Positions 25,569-39,959 of a stretch of 64,000 nucleotides of DNA are shown piece after piece. The notes beneath the pieces are model-generated. The model did not search any database. It was not told where the DNA came from and was given only the letters and a program-made list of their open reading frames with translations. The DNA is taken from NCBI GenBank assembly GCA_973851085.1, contig OZ316776.1:12958001-13022000 (forward strand). Reading direction: 5' to 3'. The stretch comes from Ptychomitrium polyphyllum (taxonomy: Eukaryota). Each line of letters starts with the position of its first letter. The first letter of the stretch is position 1. The position numbers were made by a program, and so were the translations under genes.

Positions 25569-28500
25569 GTATACTTTAAGATAAGACTGTACGATAAGTT
25601 TAAGTCTACAAATCTACAAGCAAAATAACATGTTTAATAATGACAAGCTTTCAATTCTATCTTCTACCATATCTTAATTAAATTAGTTTAGCTCAACAAT
25701 TGTAACTAATAAAGAAATATCTTCAATTTAATAAATAGACAAACATGTCATCATCTACATCAAAACCCTTAAGGCCTTTATTTACTAAATTCTAACCTCA
25801 ATTACCTAAATAAGTTAAACAATTTAAGCAAGAGTTGAAGAAAACAAAAAAAAGAGTTTTAAGCAGTTTACCACCTAAGCAACTTCTTCATATTTATATG
25901 TCTAAAATTTATATGTCCAATAGATGTACAAATCAAACAATTTGTGAGGTCTTCATAAAACTTCCTTAATATGACATTTTATTTTTCCTTTTTCATTTAT
26001 TTCTCTCCGTTTTTGAAAATTCAAACACTAGTGCATGATAGATTCCATGTCATTCTACTTTATTGCATGATAGATTCCAAACTAAAATCTAATACAAAGT
26101 TCAAAAATAAAATATTAATCCAAACCATTCTTACTACTCTTGTTACTTCTTTACTTCCTTGTGTGAGATGTGTACTTTCAAGAGTTTCCTGTCCCCACCA
26201 ACTAGAGCAATACCTTCTAACTTCTAAGTGGTAAACACTAATATTGTCATGGTTAGTTGCTATAACAAACACTTTCTGACATTCTGGAAACGACACGTAC
26301 AGTAGCCAGCAACTCCTGAATCTTCAAGAAATCCTGTGCTGCAGATCTAAGGCTGCAATACTATGCAGGAGGTGACTAAGTTAATGGACCACTGGCATAC
26401 ATACAATTGTCAATAAGATTATAGACCTCTACAGTAGTGAAAAATATCATCCATGACATCTACTGCTCAATGTTCTGCAAGTTATTACAACTTGATCAAA
26501 GGCGGTGGAGATGCATTAGAGGAGGAGGTTGGCAAACACATTCAGCAGGACGGGGGCAAAACCTGATCCACTCAGCCAGACAATAGTAGGGTCATCTTCA
26601 GGTCACCATGCCAGTTTAGTGGAAGCATGAATTGAATATGTCAAATTCACAAACAATCACAACTACTGTATACCTTCAAACTCATGCACACCTACCTCTC
26701 CCTGATCATAACTACTCAGCAATCATTTCATTTTAGATTGGACCCACTGGAAGTCTTAGTTATCTACATTATGCTGCACCTTCATCATCCCCACCGCACC
26801 CAACAGCTACAAAGCCAACAGCTCATACCTTTGCACTTCTATTGTCTCTGTCTCCTTATTCTTGGGTTGGAGCTTCTAGTACATGCTCATTCTCTGGAAT
26901 ACTAAGGTGTGTGTGTTATGGCCCTTTCCTCCCAATGTTTGACTTGTTTCAGTCAAATCATTACAATTGCATTCTTGCCCTGGTGACTGTAGGGCCATCT
27001 TACACCTTGTCCTGTAAGCCATGGGAGAAGATGAGAAGGTGGTAAAATAATGGAGATAGAAAAAATCTTTTACTAGGGACTAACTCTTGGATTGTAAATG
27101 TTCTCCTCAACAGGAAAACACTTTCCCACTATAAAATATTATCATATAGGTGATAAACTCATTTTCTAATCCATTTTTACATTCCTTTTCCTATGACAAA
27201 GTGTAAAAGCTTATGAAAGAACTTGAAAAATTTGAGCAATTATAATACTAAAATTCTTTAAATATGTCGAAATATCTTGCCCCATGGGCAACAGATCAAG
27301 GTGTAAGACAGCCCTTAGTCTAGGGCATTGAATCAGTAATGGTTGAAGGGAATTTGCTGAAAATTACAAAATGCACAAGTCACAGAAGCGTAGCATGCCA
27401 TCTGAAAGCAAAGCAAATCGGTTGTAGAATTAAGTCTCATTTGTCAGTTGCTTACATAGCTGCAGCAGGTCTATCAATTTTGAGATATGAGAATACAGAA
27501 AAAGTTCTTGGGCAGTTCTGCATTGAAATGCTAAATGTTTGTTAGTTTTTTCATGTTGTATGCTACTGGGTGGCAGCATTGCAATTACATCACAGCAGTT
27601 CCCAGCTGGCAACCAATTTTGCAAATGTTCCCGCATGGACTGCCCTTCCTCTTCGATACGAAAGCTATATATTTGAAGCATTAAGCCTGTAGGTAAAGTT
27701 AAGACTGTGGGCCACCTTGGAAGTTTCTATTGCTGGGACTTAAACCATCTGGGGTTCAAAGGAATACTGTGGAGCCTGCCTGCTTCACCACAGAGCACTG
27801 TTCCTCATCCAAGGAAGCACCCACACCAGATGTCCGTAGTGGCTATTTCAAATTATTTCAGAAGTTTTAAGTTTTCAGATTTTTGTTACTAACTGTTTGC
27901 AAATTGAGCGCTTAATACAAGCACAGAAGAATTCTGCAAAAAGCCTCAAGTATTTGGGCTGTTAAATTAAGTTACACACTAGTATTCTAGCTAATCTAGA
28001 GCTGCAGATCATGAAATCACTGGAATATTTGTTGTATGGCTGTTGGGTTCTCTTCAAATATGACTGGAGCACCTGCAAGTAGCCTCTTCCTGATGGACCT
28101 CCTCTTGGTGGCATTGTGGGCAAGCACTGAGGCTGCTGTAACAGTGGTAAAGGGCACCATGATTCCAATGGATGTGGAGACCAAAGGTAATTATGGGACA
28201 GTCAAGGCAGAGGCAGTCCCTGTTTATGTTGATATGAAGTGAATCAAGCAGCAAATGGTGCAGGTCTTCAAGAGAGGACGAAGCCCATTTATGTGGATGT
28301 TAATGTGGTGATACTGTGGTCATCATCCCTGACTTCCATAGCTGTGGCTGTGAGAATGTCAATGTAAATGGGGTCTTCAAAGGTCACATTCAGACAGTAT
28401 GGATGGAATCTGGCAGGTTTCTGTCATTTTATAGTGGATTGATAAGCAGTTATAGTGCTAGGTTGCTTAAGGGTTTTATATTTTGGGAAATGAGCATATG

Positions 28501-29543
28501 GTAGAAGTTCTACTGTAAGCATATTAAAGTTGTTATGATTCACTGTGGCTTATATGTCCGGTGTTGCTCATTGTGAATACTTTGGATTTGGCTACATGTT
28601 GAAGTATAGAATCAGAGTGCTGTGTAATAGAGCTTACAAAGGACATACTAGAGGTTCCAATGTAGCTGAAGCAGGGTCTATGGTGAAGGGACTCTTAGTA
28701 ACTTGGCTGCGATTTGGAGTATACCACATGTACCTCTGTAATTTATGATGGAGGGGTTGTCTGTGTCAGAGGTTACTGGTTGATAACTACCTTGATCAGA
28801 CATACATGGTGAAAGTGTTCCACATGCACTACTGATGTACACTGGTTATTTTTTAATTGTTATAGAAATTAACCTTTAAATTTGATTTATTCTTAAAGAG
28901 CTTGCAAACTACCTATAGTACTTCTCATTGAAGACTTTGGAAAGAAATGTACAATGCATCTGTAACTAAGAGACAACTGGAAACGGGACCTCGACCAAGA
29001 GTTCATTATATCTATTAAATTCATAGGTCTTGTAATAAATCCTCATCCAAGTTTTAAATCCGTATCCAAGATTTAAGACCCTCTTGGATTACAAGATTCA
29101 CAGCTTATCATTACTTCCTTTAACCACAGTCAAAAGACACCTGAGGAGACTCACGAAACAACTCAAAGATGTTGAGCTTTATGCTTTCAGCCAATTGACA
29201 TCTCATATGTTCATATTCATTATATTCAGACAAAATACATGTTTTGAGATTCCCATATCTAGTTTTTGAAGGTCTAAAATATCCTATATTGAGATTCTAA
29301 AACGTTTCAATTTAATGAATATGTTTTTTAGGTGATTTTCATCTGAAGTTACTTACTTAATAGGTGAAAGATGGGAACAAGATCTAGTGAACCTTGATTA
29401 TATTACTGAATTCTATGCATTGTTGTAAAAAGAAGCCAGCTTTTAGACTATTTACTAAGTTGTAAAGTCATTCGAAATTAGGTTGAATCCAGTAAAATAT
29501 CTATATGTATTCACTGCATTAATAAACTTGGAGCTAATAATCA

Positions 29544-29972
29544 TGGCATCAAAATATCATCAATTCTCATGTCATTTTGAGTTGTTTTTTCATGTTGTTT
29601 AGTGTCATTTTTGACATGGTAGTTAAGATGATGTCAATATGATATCAAAATGTCATTAATTTAAAAACAATGTTAAAGTAACATGAAAAAGCCATATAAA
29701 ATTTCAAATGAAATTGATATATTTCAAAATGACTTCAAAATCATATTTTAATCATATAAGTATCATTTTGACGTCATTTTGACGTCATTTTGACTTAAGT
29801 TGTTTTATTGTTCATTTTTGACGACATTTTAACTCTAGACATATTGATGTCATTCTAAAATTGTTTTGATGTTATTTTAATTTCATTGTAACCAATGAAA
29901 TTTTCTTGTAATTCTTGCGTCAAAATGACATTGAATCAATGAGGTATGAAAATTGATATGAAAATGATGCTA
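29544..29972. repeat. Foldback/MITE-like element with GTCATTTTGAC subrepeats
   Basis: Imperfect terminal inverted repeats at 29544-29570 and 29946-29972. Internal GTCATTTTGAC / GTCAAAATGAC motifs occur in both orientations, with three tandem copies at about 29763-29794. Confidence 0.45.
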
Positions 29973-32134
29973 AAAAGAGATTTTTGAATGTGTGTAGTTA
30001 CAAGATGTAACATAACAAAATGTTTTAAAGTTGATGTTAAGGACTGGTTCTATCAAACCTGAACAGGTGGATCATCGACTGTCAGCATCTTTAATGCCGA
30101 ACGAAACAATCCTGGTGAGGCAGTACCAGGGGAAGCTGCTGAAAGGGTGATCACTGACGAAAGTGGAGTGGCAGGTCTGCAGCAGGGGTAGGTAGCAGGT
30201 CAAGCGAAGAGCTGGGTAAAACTTAATGGTCTTGTCAAGTTTTAACTTCTTTTATTGTCGAGATGGAAGGACTCAGGAACGAGAAACGCAAAACACTGTT
30301 CCAGGCATTGATTGCTATTGATGCTATTTGTACGCAATATGCTTTACTTAAAACATGATAACCAATTTCAATGAAAGATTTTTGAGGAAAGTAATAGAAC
30401 AAACAGATCTTTATGAAAAATTAAGATACTTAGCCAAAATTCACTTACTATAGATACATGCAGAAACGAAAACTAAATTCACTGGTATGAAGCTCCTGCT
30501 ATCATAGCAGGTTTCCTCAGCTCAAAGCTATGAGGAGAAAACACAGTCCATAGAATTTCAGAATATCATCCCCAATTTTTTTAAAATTTATTTCTTACAA
30601 TGTTGCTTCAAAACAGCTGGCTGCTTGTTGTTTTGCTCAAATATGATATTTATGATTGCAAAACATGAGAGTTTTCTTGTTCCCCTCAGTGTTAGGGTTA
30701 GGCTGTGTCAAAGGCAGCCTGTGAAGTCATGGTCACTTTCATGTGCTCTGCACACTTGTATTAGGAAATAGTACAGTCAGATAAAATCTAGGTGCTTGAG
30801 CTCCTTGGCTTTTGTCAAAATACATGATGGCCTACAAGTTTTGGCTTGAATTTTTCAAAAACAAAACCAGATACCCGTTACACTAGACAACTCATAAGAG
30901 TCCTGCAATTTTCAACCATTAATAAATGAAGAATACTATCCTGAGCATATTTGAGCAACTGAGCATCCAATAAGTTAAGAGATAAAATTATTTGCATGCA
31001 ACTGAGACTACAGATTATAGAACTTCTGCTGGTGATGACACTCCACTTGACTACAAAGAAACTGAGACAAAAGCCTCATTACCGTGAAAGAATGATCAAA
31101 CTTTTAATCATCATCAGGTTAACAATCACACGTAGCCTATACTTGAATATAGGATGTTGCACAAACACCATGTCCCATTCTAGAGCAGCAAATTCACTGA
31201 GATCACAACACTGGGCCATAAGCCACAGTACATAGTAGGTATAACCAAAGAGCATAATCAACATTGATCATAACCAGGTTTATCCACTGTCAATCAAAAA
31301 CCTCATATCCAAAGTTTTGGGGAAAAAAAGAAACAGTGTGGGGAACTGGTACAAGATATGCAATACAATAATAGCAGGCTGATTAATATTGACTGTAAGT
31401 GGAAGGAACAGTGCTTTCTTCTCACTCAAAGCCCACCGCCCATCATAATATCATGTATTAGCAAGGCTGGTTTATCATCATTCCCAGCTGAGATCTGCTG
31501 CAGGCCACCTGCTGGATTTCTCGCCCCCACTTCATGTAGCCGCTTCAAGTGCAGTTCCAAGGTACGGTGAGCACTTTAACGTTCTTAGCTTTCTGTAGGC
31601 TGTTGCAGTGTTGCCAGTGTTGCCAGTGTTATTTGTGTATGAGTCAGCTATGTGCACTGTAAATGTTGCAGCGTTAATGTGATAATGGTGTTTGGTGCAA
31701 AGCTTTAGCATTACAGCAGCTTCTGGAAGTTGAGGGTGCTTAGATCTTTAATGGTGTCTATTTCATGCTTTTCAGTTTCTTAGCGTTATTTTGAGGTTTC
31801 ATGTTTTCAGCGAAAGAAAGCTGTTCTGGGTTTCAGTTTCTGAGCTGATTGGAAATGATATTTCATCTTCTTCGATCTTTGTGCTGAGTATTTTCTTCCG
31901 GTTGGCGCTGCATCTGTTTTCTGTAAGAGTTTGCGCCCACGTACTAAAATATGTTCTGTTAACCGTGTAATGCTTTTCTTTCTTTTCAGCTTTAGTGGTG
32001 TTCTGCACTTTTGGGGCATTTTGAAATTCTGGCCCTGATGAGCTTGTTGAGTGATTGAGTCAAGGAGGTGAGCTTAAGTTTTCGCCGTTCGTTTGGTTTT
32101 GCAGTCGCAAACTAGTGTGAGCAAGGCAGGAGCC

Positions 32135-33794
32135 ATGGCGAGATCGGGGATAATTGTGATTGTCTTGGTGCTGGCAATGCTGGCGACGGGTGAGTCAGCC
32201 CCAAGCCCCCCTAACTGCGATTCAGCAGAGTCGGCGTTGCTGCCATGCTTCTCATATGTGACGGGGCCGGATGTCAAACCGCCGACAGATTGTTGCGGTG
32301 GGTTGAGCGGCTTGAACACAAACAGCCCCACCTGTTTGTGCCAGTTGATTACTCAGCTCAATGGCTCTGCCACGGCGGACCCCTCTGTGAACATCACCAA
32401 GGCGTTCAATCTACCAAGAGATTGTGCTATTACTTTGAAGACCAGCGATTGCCCAGGTCAGAAACACTCTTGCCATAACTACAGTCTGGCATATATGAAA
32501 CTTTGTTTGCTGCTCGGCTTTGTTGTTAGTTGAGCTAAACGCACTGCCTTGTCGGCGAGGTAAGCTAAATGAGCCTTAAGTCTTAGATTGTTACATTTGT
32601 CAAAATCTTTTCAAATCCGACATCCGTCCTGGATTACCATACATCAAGGTCATAATGCTTCTTGATGTCGGTGTATGCTTAAAACGATCACTAGGATAGT
32701 TCTGTCGGCAGTTTAAGATAGTCAAGCCACTCTGGATACAAATATTGGGCTGAAAGGTTTAGAGGCCAGAACGGACTTCCATGGAACTGGATTTCAAAAA
32801 CGAATTATTTGGTATTCCTGTCTTGGCCTACTTCTTCGTCTTCGAGGTTGCTATGTGGAACGTAGTTGATGAGACCGTTGGAATGTGGAACTGTCGATAG
32901 TAGCAGAGACATACCGCACTCAAAAAGAGAATAATAGATTGTAGATCAGGCATCGGGTTTTTTCGGTTCTCCTATATTGATTATAAAGTAGAAGCCAGAT
33001 GCAAATTAGGTTAATGCAACCGAGCAAAGAGAGAGGACTTTATGGATTGTCCTTGTGTTTCCAGCATTCTGTGTTGTTGCGATCAAAGATAGCTTTGTTC
33101 ATTCTCTTTAAACCCTCTCTACTATCCTAGTTAGATTTCAACAATCGAGTATTGTCAAAGAAATTTTTTTAACTCAAATGAATCTTACGTTGTTTCTGGT
33201 TGAAACGGTTGGTGTTTTGCAGCTCTGGCCAACTTACCTTTAGCACCACCTGCAGGTGTTACTCCGGCTGCACCAACTACGGCGTCCCCAAGTACGTGCC
33301 TAACATTCAATATCATTACCCTTAACACTTCTTCAAATGACAAGCTGTTCCTGTAGACTGTAGATCACTGTTACCGCTTGTAAATCAATTACTGCCGAAA
33401 ACCTTGCAAAATCCGTTCTGCATGTCATCTAGAAAGGCCAACTAATTAGGTAGTTTGGGAATTCTCTGGAACTGCTGCGCATCCGTAATACATACATGCT
33501 TGTTCAGTTCGGACTGACAAACTCCAAGCACTTTCGTTTACAGGTACTCTAGCCTGATCATTGATAGTAATGTCTGATTCTATGGCACTACACAGTACTA
33601 CTGAACTTAAAGATAAGAGTACGATACCAAGTGTGTCAAGTTCTTGTGGTGTGGTTTTTGCTGCAACAGGTCCAGTGGCAGGTCCGGGAAGTGGAGTGCA
33701 ACCTGGCAATGATGTGTCCAAGCTTTCGCCAACCAGCTTGATGATTGGTATGGCAGCTGCAGCTGGAGTAGTAGTACAAGCCATAATATTTTAG
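32135..33794 (+). CDS. GPI-anchored non-specific lipid transfer protein (LTPG/xylogen-like), 3 exons
   Basis: Exons 32135-32456, 33223-33291, 33670-33794. It has a signal peptide MARSGIIVIVLVLAML, an eight-cysteine motif C..C..CC..CLC..C..C, a Pro/Ala/Thr-rich linker and a hydrophobic C-terminal tail (LMIGMAAAAGVVVQAIIF) typical of a GPI signal. A 5'-UTR intron probably ends at 32104. Confidence 0.92.
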
Positions 33795-35905
33795 AGATTG
33801 AACTCCACAACTTGTGTAGAAGCTTGCCAAGCCAGTTTATGGAGTTTTCTGTTTAAACTGCAAAGCATCTTTTGTTTGGTCACCATTATTGTGAGGCTTT
33901 AGTTCAGTGCAAAATATTTTTGACTCTTCAAAGGTGATATTCAGCACCTTTTGCCTCAGGATCTTTGGTCAAAGGCTCTGGATTAAAGAAAACTCTCCTG
34001 AGAACTTGGTTGATTCGATGAACATGGCACTTGTCTTTTTAGCAGGTGCCATGATCACCATATAGCCGGTTTGACACTCGTTGATTCTCAAAATAGATGA
34101 TGCAGTCTTTGAGAAATTATTCTGAAGGCGAAAATGATTGCAATGGGAAATTTGGAAATTTGGAGATTTTTTGTATTGGTTTATTCTATATTTAGAAGGC
34201 ATTAGATGATTTATTGAATGAAGTGACGAAATTTTTAGGCTAGAGTATTGCACAGAGAGAAAATGAAATGTAAATGAACTAAAGGATGACCCTTTTGGTA
34301 ATAAAGTACGAAAAATTATTTTAGTGTTCTTTAGTAGTTGAAATAATCATTTTAAATGTGTGATTTTGATAATTAACTTGTAACAGAGCGAAAGTTTGAT
34401 TAAGTGAGTGTGTGCACCAAAATCCCAATCTAACATCATAAAAACATTGGAATTACAATCATGTGAAATATGCTCATACTTTTGAAGAAAAGTATTGAGA
34501 ATTTTTTTCAAAATAATTGAAAGGAAAGGATTTCAATACACCACTACTTATATTATAAAAACTATTATTTTATAAGCAAAAATACATTAATAAGTATACG
34601 ATTTGTTGTATTAGTATATATTGCTTACAAATGATCTTCTACAATGATTGTAAATTTAATTGTTCATTGATTCATTGACCTCAAAATTTATTTTTTAGAC
34701 ATCTATTATTACAGTAGTGATAAAGGCAATACTACACATGATGTGTATATTTAAATAAAATATTGCTAAAGTTTTTCAATATTTATTATAATTTCTCATT
34801 TAAGGCATTTAAAGGTTCTGATCTATGTTTCTAAATCCAAATGGATTATAATGCCTAATAATAGTTTTACTATAGTATTTAGTATTAATTGATAGTTAAT
34901 TTTTCCAAAATGTATATTTATTACTTGTTAATTTTTAAGATAGTTGAAAATTTTAATTGGTTAAGGAAAACTTTTCCTTTGTATTAATATCTACTTATAA
35001 TTTTGGAATTGAATAAAATATTTCAATCAATCAATGTTTACAAAAAATATATATAATTTTCAAAACTATAACTTCAATAATTTGGATTTTCTTCTAATTA
35101 ATGGGATTTTTAATGGAACTTTGAATTGAAATTTCTATAATCAATGAAGCATTGGTATAATAAGTCAAAAGTTCAAAATGGTCATTTATGAAAAGATTGA
35201 GCTTATTTTTAAATAGTGTGATTTTTTTTGAAGAAGTCATTTCTTTTAAAGCATTTTATTTCAAATCCATCACAAACAAAATTATATTAGAATTATCAAT
35301 ATTTTGTTTCTAAGAAAATCATAAGGAATTTTCAATTTAAATTAGATTTGAAGCAATATGTGATAAAAATAGTAAATATTATCATACAAACAAATCTAAA
35401 TCCAAATCCAGAATTTTGTTTATAACATAAAATCCAAACCACTTATTCAACTATATGTTCACACACTAATCTACATGTTATGCGCCTTTTGATGGATTTT
35501 TGCAAACCTCCACTTTAGAAGATATCTAGGATCTTGTAAAGAGTAAACAAAATTCAACATGTACCAACTTTTAATGGATTATCTTCTTACAAACTTAAAT
35601 GCATTTGGGTAGGTTTGTAAGATAGAAACTAATACATCAATATCAAATATCTTGATGCTCCACCATCAAACATCGCAGTGCAAAAGCTACTCACATCAAC
35701 TTTTTAGTTTATGAACCAAAAACGTTCAATCAAACCTTTCGAGACTGCTAAACTCTCATGTAGCTAAACATCAATGAAAATCTTACAACTACACTCATTT
35801 GCACAGCTGTGATGTTTAAAGCTTCGAATACAACGGCCATGCAAAATGATTAAGTTGTGTTTAAGTGTGTGCTGAAAACATCAGTGGAGAAAAGATTTAT
35901 CAAAG

Positions 35906-38900
35906 ATGGAAGTAAAGGGCTTGGCGTTGTGTCATGATCCAGTGTGGATGAAGGATGCAGTTTCAAAGTTTCTTGAGAGTCCTGTATATTCAGTGCCCTT
36001 GTTGGATTTCATTGATGAAAACTGTGGCATGTTCGAAGATTCTGAAGACAACAAACTGGAATACACCATTGTAAGCTAAACAACTTTGTGATGCTTTGAA
36101 ATGCTTTGTGATGCTTTGTAAAGCTTTGTGATGCTTTGTGATGCTTTGTGATGCTTTGTGGTCCTTTTGTGAAGCTTTGTGATGCTTTGTGATGCTTTGT
36201 GATCCTTCGTGATGCTTTGTGATGCTTTGTGGTCCTTTGTGGTGCTTTGTGATACTGGAATGTCTAGTTTTTTATTTGAGCAAGGAAATTATTTTAGGTT
36301 TTAAGGACTAATTTCTGATAAATTCGAAGTTCAAAAATAACTTATCTAAAACCTTCTACAGGAGAGGTTTATTTATCAACTCTTAAAAGGAATTATATTT
36401 ATATATCCATACATTCATATATACGGTGTTATTTGAAACCACTATATAAAGGCAAATCGTGTAATGAAAATTTGATTTAGGTTCATGAAAATTTCAAGGA
36501 GCTTGTAGATGGGTTGATTTCTGATTTCCTCAACAGTTTGGAAATCCCTATTCCCACTTTTGTTCAAATGCTTGCCAAGTGAGTAATTATTTGTAAATGA
36601 TAATATACTATGCTTTCAAGTTAAAACCCCGTACTGAGATTGTAATATTTTATAAAAGTTTGCAAGCAGATAAACCTAATGATGTACACTGAAGTTTGTA
36701 AATAACTGTAACTGAAGATAAACAATGATTGATTTTATACTTGGCAGTGAGGTGCACTCGTCATTGTATAGTATTGTAGTGACATCCATCCTTACAGTGG
36801 ACGACTTTCTCCTTTTCAAGGTAAAGCCTGTAACTTCCATTAGTATCTTTTACAAGTCAATCAACCGCTCCAAATCTATGCAATTTTACAGACTTGTTTT
36901 TTATCAGTTTGCAAAATGTAACAATGCAGAAGTTTACAGGAAATGATGTTAAAGCGAAATTATCAAATTAGCAATCAAATTTTGAACCAAGTTGCAAATC
37001 ACCCTGAAGAACTTGAAAAACCCGGTAACAATAATAATTTGATTATGCTGTACAGCATGTGCAGTGTAGGTTTTTACTTGTTGAACAAGATATGCTTGAA
37101 AGGATGTTTGCATGCAGAGTCTTTGTTTGTTGCTTACGTGATGGTTTTTGGAGGGTGCAGCTGACCTCAATTCTGTCATAGATCACCTCTCAGATATATC
37201 AAAACAAAAACATAGGGACAAAAAAGCAGCTGAATGTCTATCCTTTGTTGATGCATTCCAACAGCAAGCACAAGTTGGTTCCCATGTTGATTTGTTTCTC
37301 ATTCAAAATTAACACCCATATAAGTCCTTTTTAACTCTTGAAATTGTTAATTAAGTTTTTTCGGGTCTTGGTTTATTTTTATAAGTTTTAGAGCAATAAG
37401 CCAGTATATGAAACCAATTTCCTTTATGTCCAATCTGGTTCCGAAACATAGCAATGTCTGTAAGAAAATCATTACAAAAAAAATTGTTTCAACTTTGTTT
37501 TGATTAAAATCCATAATTCGGATTTTTGCAGGTCGAAGATAACAATGTTGCCACAAAGCCTCTTCCTACTATGAGCTTGTATGCATCACCACAAAATGTA
37601 CAAATAATACAAAATATAAAAATTTGTATAAGTGCATTTATCATTCTACTGATAATTTGGTGAATCAATAAAATAAGAATGGTTTATGATTTCGATTGTT
37701 GAACATGAAAAATGAATCTAAGGTAGATAGTTTATAATTCTTAAAGACATGCGTAGATATACAACATTCATCTAATGCGTTTTATGAAATGTTTTATGTT
37801 CTACAAATACTTATTCACATTACTTGATTGAAATGAAGTTCAAACTTAGCTATAAGGGAGGAAGGAAAAAAAGATGACAAATGTCATATTGAATCTTATG
37901 ATCAACATATATATGGAAATTTCAAATATAAAAAAGAAAGTATTGTTACTCCACCTTTGAAAGAATGTAGAAACGAAGTTGTCAAACCAACATTTACTTC
38001 AAATAATTTTTATAACAAAGAAGAATTAAGAAGGTGAAATTTTATAATGACAATTATTATATTAAGAGCTTTTTTAGGAAATTGAACTTTTCCAAAGTCA
38101 TTTGTATAATTTTTTAAATATTTACCAATCAATATCTTTTTCTAATCTATAAGTAATAGTCTTTTTGTAATTTAAAAGAAATTCTTAATAGTATATTAAA
38201 CACCAATAATTGTATCCATTTATATTAAATGCTTCCAAATTTTGAATATAAAATATCAATAAACATTGCAATGACGAATTTAATGTGCAAAAGACTGAAA
38301 TACAATATAAATAACTTTAACAGATAATTAACCATAAAATTAAAAACCTTTTAAAATGATTATGAAATACAATTGTTCTCTGAAATTGATTACATTATTT
38401 AATAAATTAAACATTTAATATACGCAGGGAACCTTCTATACTACTTTCAAATAAATCAAATAAAATAGAAATTAAAGAAGGCAATTCCAAATGTAACAAA
38501 AACTACATATTAGACCAAAAACCAATATTTGTAGAAACCCTACAAGATAATGTATATGATGCTATGGAGAACCAAAAAGAAAACACAAGGATAACAAAAG
38601 TAACTTTTGAATCACCTTGTGAGGTTGTGATTTTGGACAAATTGATTAAAAAACCATTTGATTATGAAGGAGATTCTGCTCATAACTTTAATGACAACAA
38701 TTGTATAAATGAAGAAATGTTAGAACAAAAAAATGAACAAGTTGTAGAACTTTCAACTAGCAAGTAAAGATCAAGGCTTAGAAAATTACAATAATAGGCT
38801 TATAGATAATAAAAGCATTTATTTTGTATCTTTAAACTTATGCACTCTTTTTAATAATGTATTGGTTATAATATTATTAATTTATTTTATATTATTCATG

Positions 38901-39959
38901 CTTATATTTATATATCTTGAATGTGAATAAGATTACTTCTTATTATATATTATATAAATTTTTGATCCTTCATACGTGATATAATGGTAAGTTAGCAGAA
39001 TGCTAGAAGACTTATTTTTTGATGTCAATCAATGGAAGCCAAAATCATTAAAACTCAATGTACATCTTTTTCTTTAACAAAATCATTACTTCTATTATTA
39101 TATATAAGGTGTATTCTTAAATGAAATTTAGTTTCTAAAAAAGTTACATTTTTAATAACAAAATCTAGACAAAATTTAATATTTATATTTGTAGACTAAT
39201 GATGGAGAGATTCAACAACGAAGGCGCTATTTGCAACAACAACGGGACCGGATTTTAGCTCATAAAAAATGTTAGTATATTTATACATCGTATGCCAAAA
39301 TATGTTATGTTTTATGAGTAAAATAATAAACTTAATTTTCTTGTTTATCAATTGAATGTCTTAATATGTATACCAAATTAATTTTTACTTATTATTCTAT
39401 ATTGATTTCTCTTAAAGCAAAGATTATGAAATGTTACTTGTTTGTTTTGATGGTTGATTATTATCCAATTAATTCTTTATCAATATAATTTATGCAGTTG
39501 CTCGAGAAAAACAAATAAGATTTTTTAGGCAATTAGAAGCTAAAGATGACACTATTCTTCACAAATCAAGACGGCCAACAATGCCTATATTAAGATTGTC
39601 CCATGATATAGAGGTAAATTTTTTTAAAACATTATTTATATAGAAATATTTATGCATATATATAACAAACACTATAAATAAGTTTACTTGCAAATATTCC
39701 AAAAATCACATTGTGATGTTTATTAATTTTGTTTTAAATACAGTGTGATGTTTTATTGATATTATAATTTATTCAAATATAACTTAATAAACAATACCTT
39801 GTGTTTTAAACAACATTATTGAATTTAATATAATCAATAATCATTTAGGCAAATAGAAAAAGGGAGGCTCTTAGAAAAGAATTAGCTCGGTGTTTAAAAG
39901 AAGAACTTAGAAATAAAACCTCCAAGATGTCTACTACTTCAAAGCAAATACAAGTTTAA
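35906..39959 (+). CDS. CFAP36: Cilia- and flagella-associated protein 36 (CCDC104/BARTL1, BART domain), about 478 aa, 12 exons
   Basis: Exons 35906-36070 (FLESPVYSVPLLDFIDENCGMFEDSEDNKLEYTI), 36481-36578 (VHENFKELVDGLI), 36748-36820 (VDDFLLFK), 36940-37024 (EMMLKRN), 37182-37273, 37532-37578, 37857-38033, 38428-38763, 38999-39059, 39195-39270 (EIQQRRRYLQQQRDRILAHKK), 39498-39613, 39849-39959 (RKELARCLKEEL). The total is 1437 nt in frame. The middle exons are less certain. Confidence 0.85.
36085..36253. repeat. 10-nt minisatellite (GATGCTTTGT)n, about 16 degenerate copies, in CFAP36 intron 1
   Basis: Visible tandem array starting about 15 nt after the first splice donor. Confidence 0.92.

Noticed and set aside
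26250..28850. CpG-poor, moderately GC-rich block with many short ORFs
   Set aside because: Probably an old methylated TE or gene remnant, but I could not identify domains, termini or a spliceable frame.
30066..30190. Exon-like open segment (GSSTVSIFNAERNNPGEAVPG...)
   Set aside because: I found no partner exons, start codon or recognisable homology.
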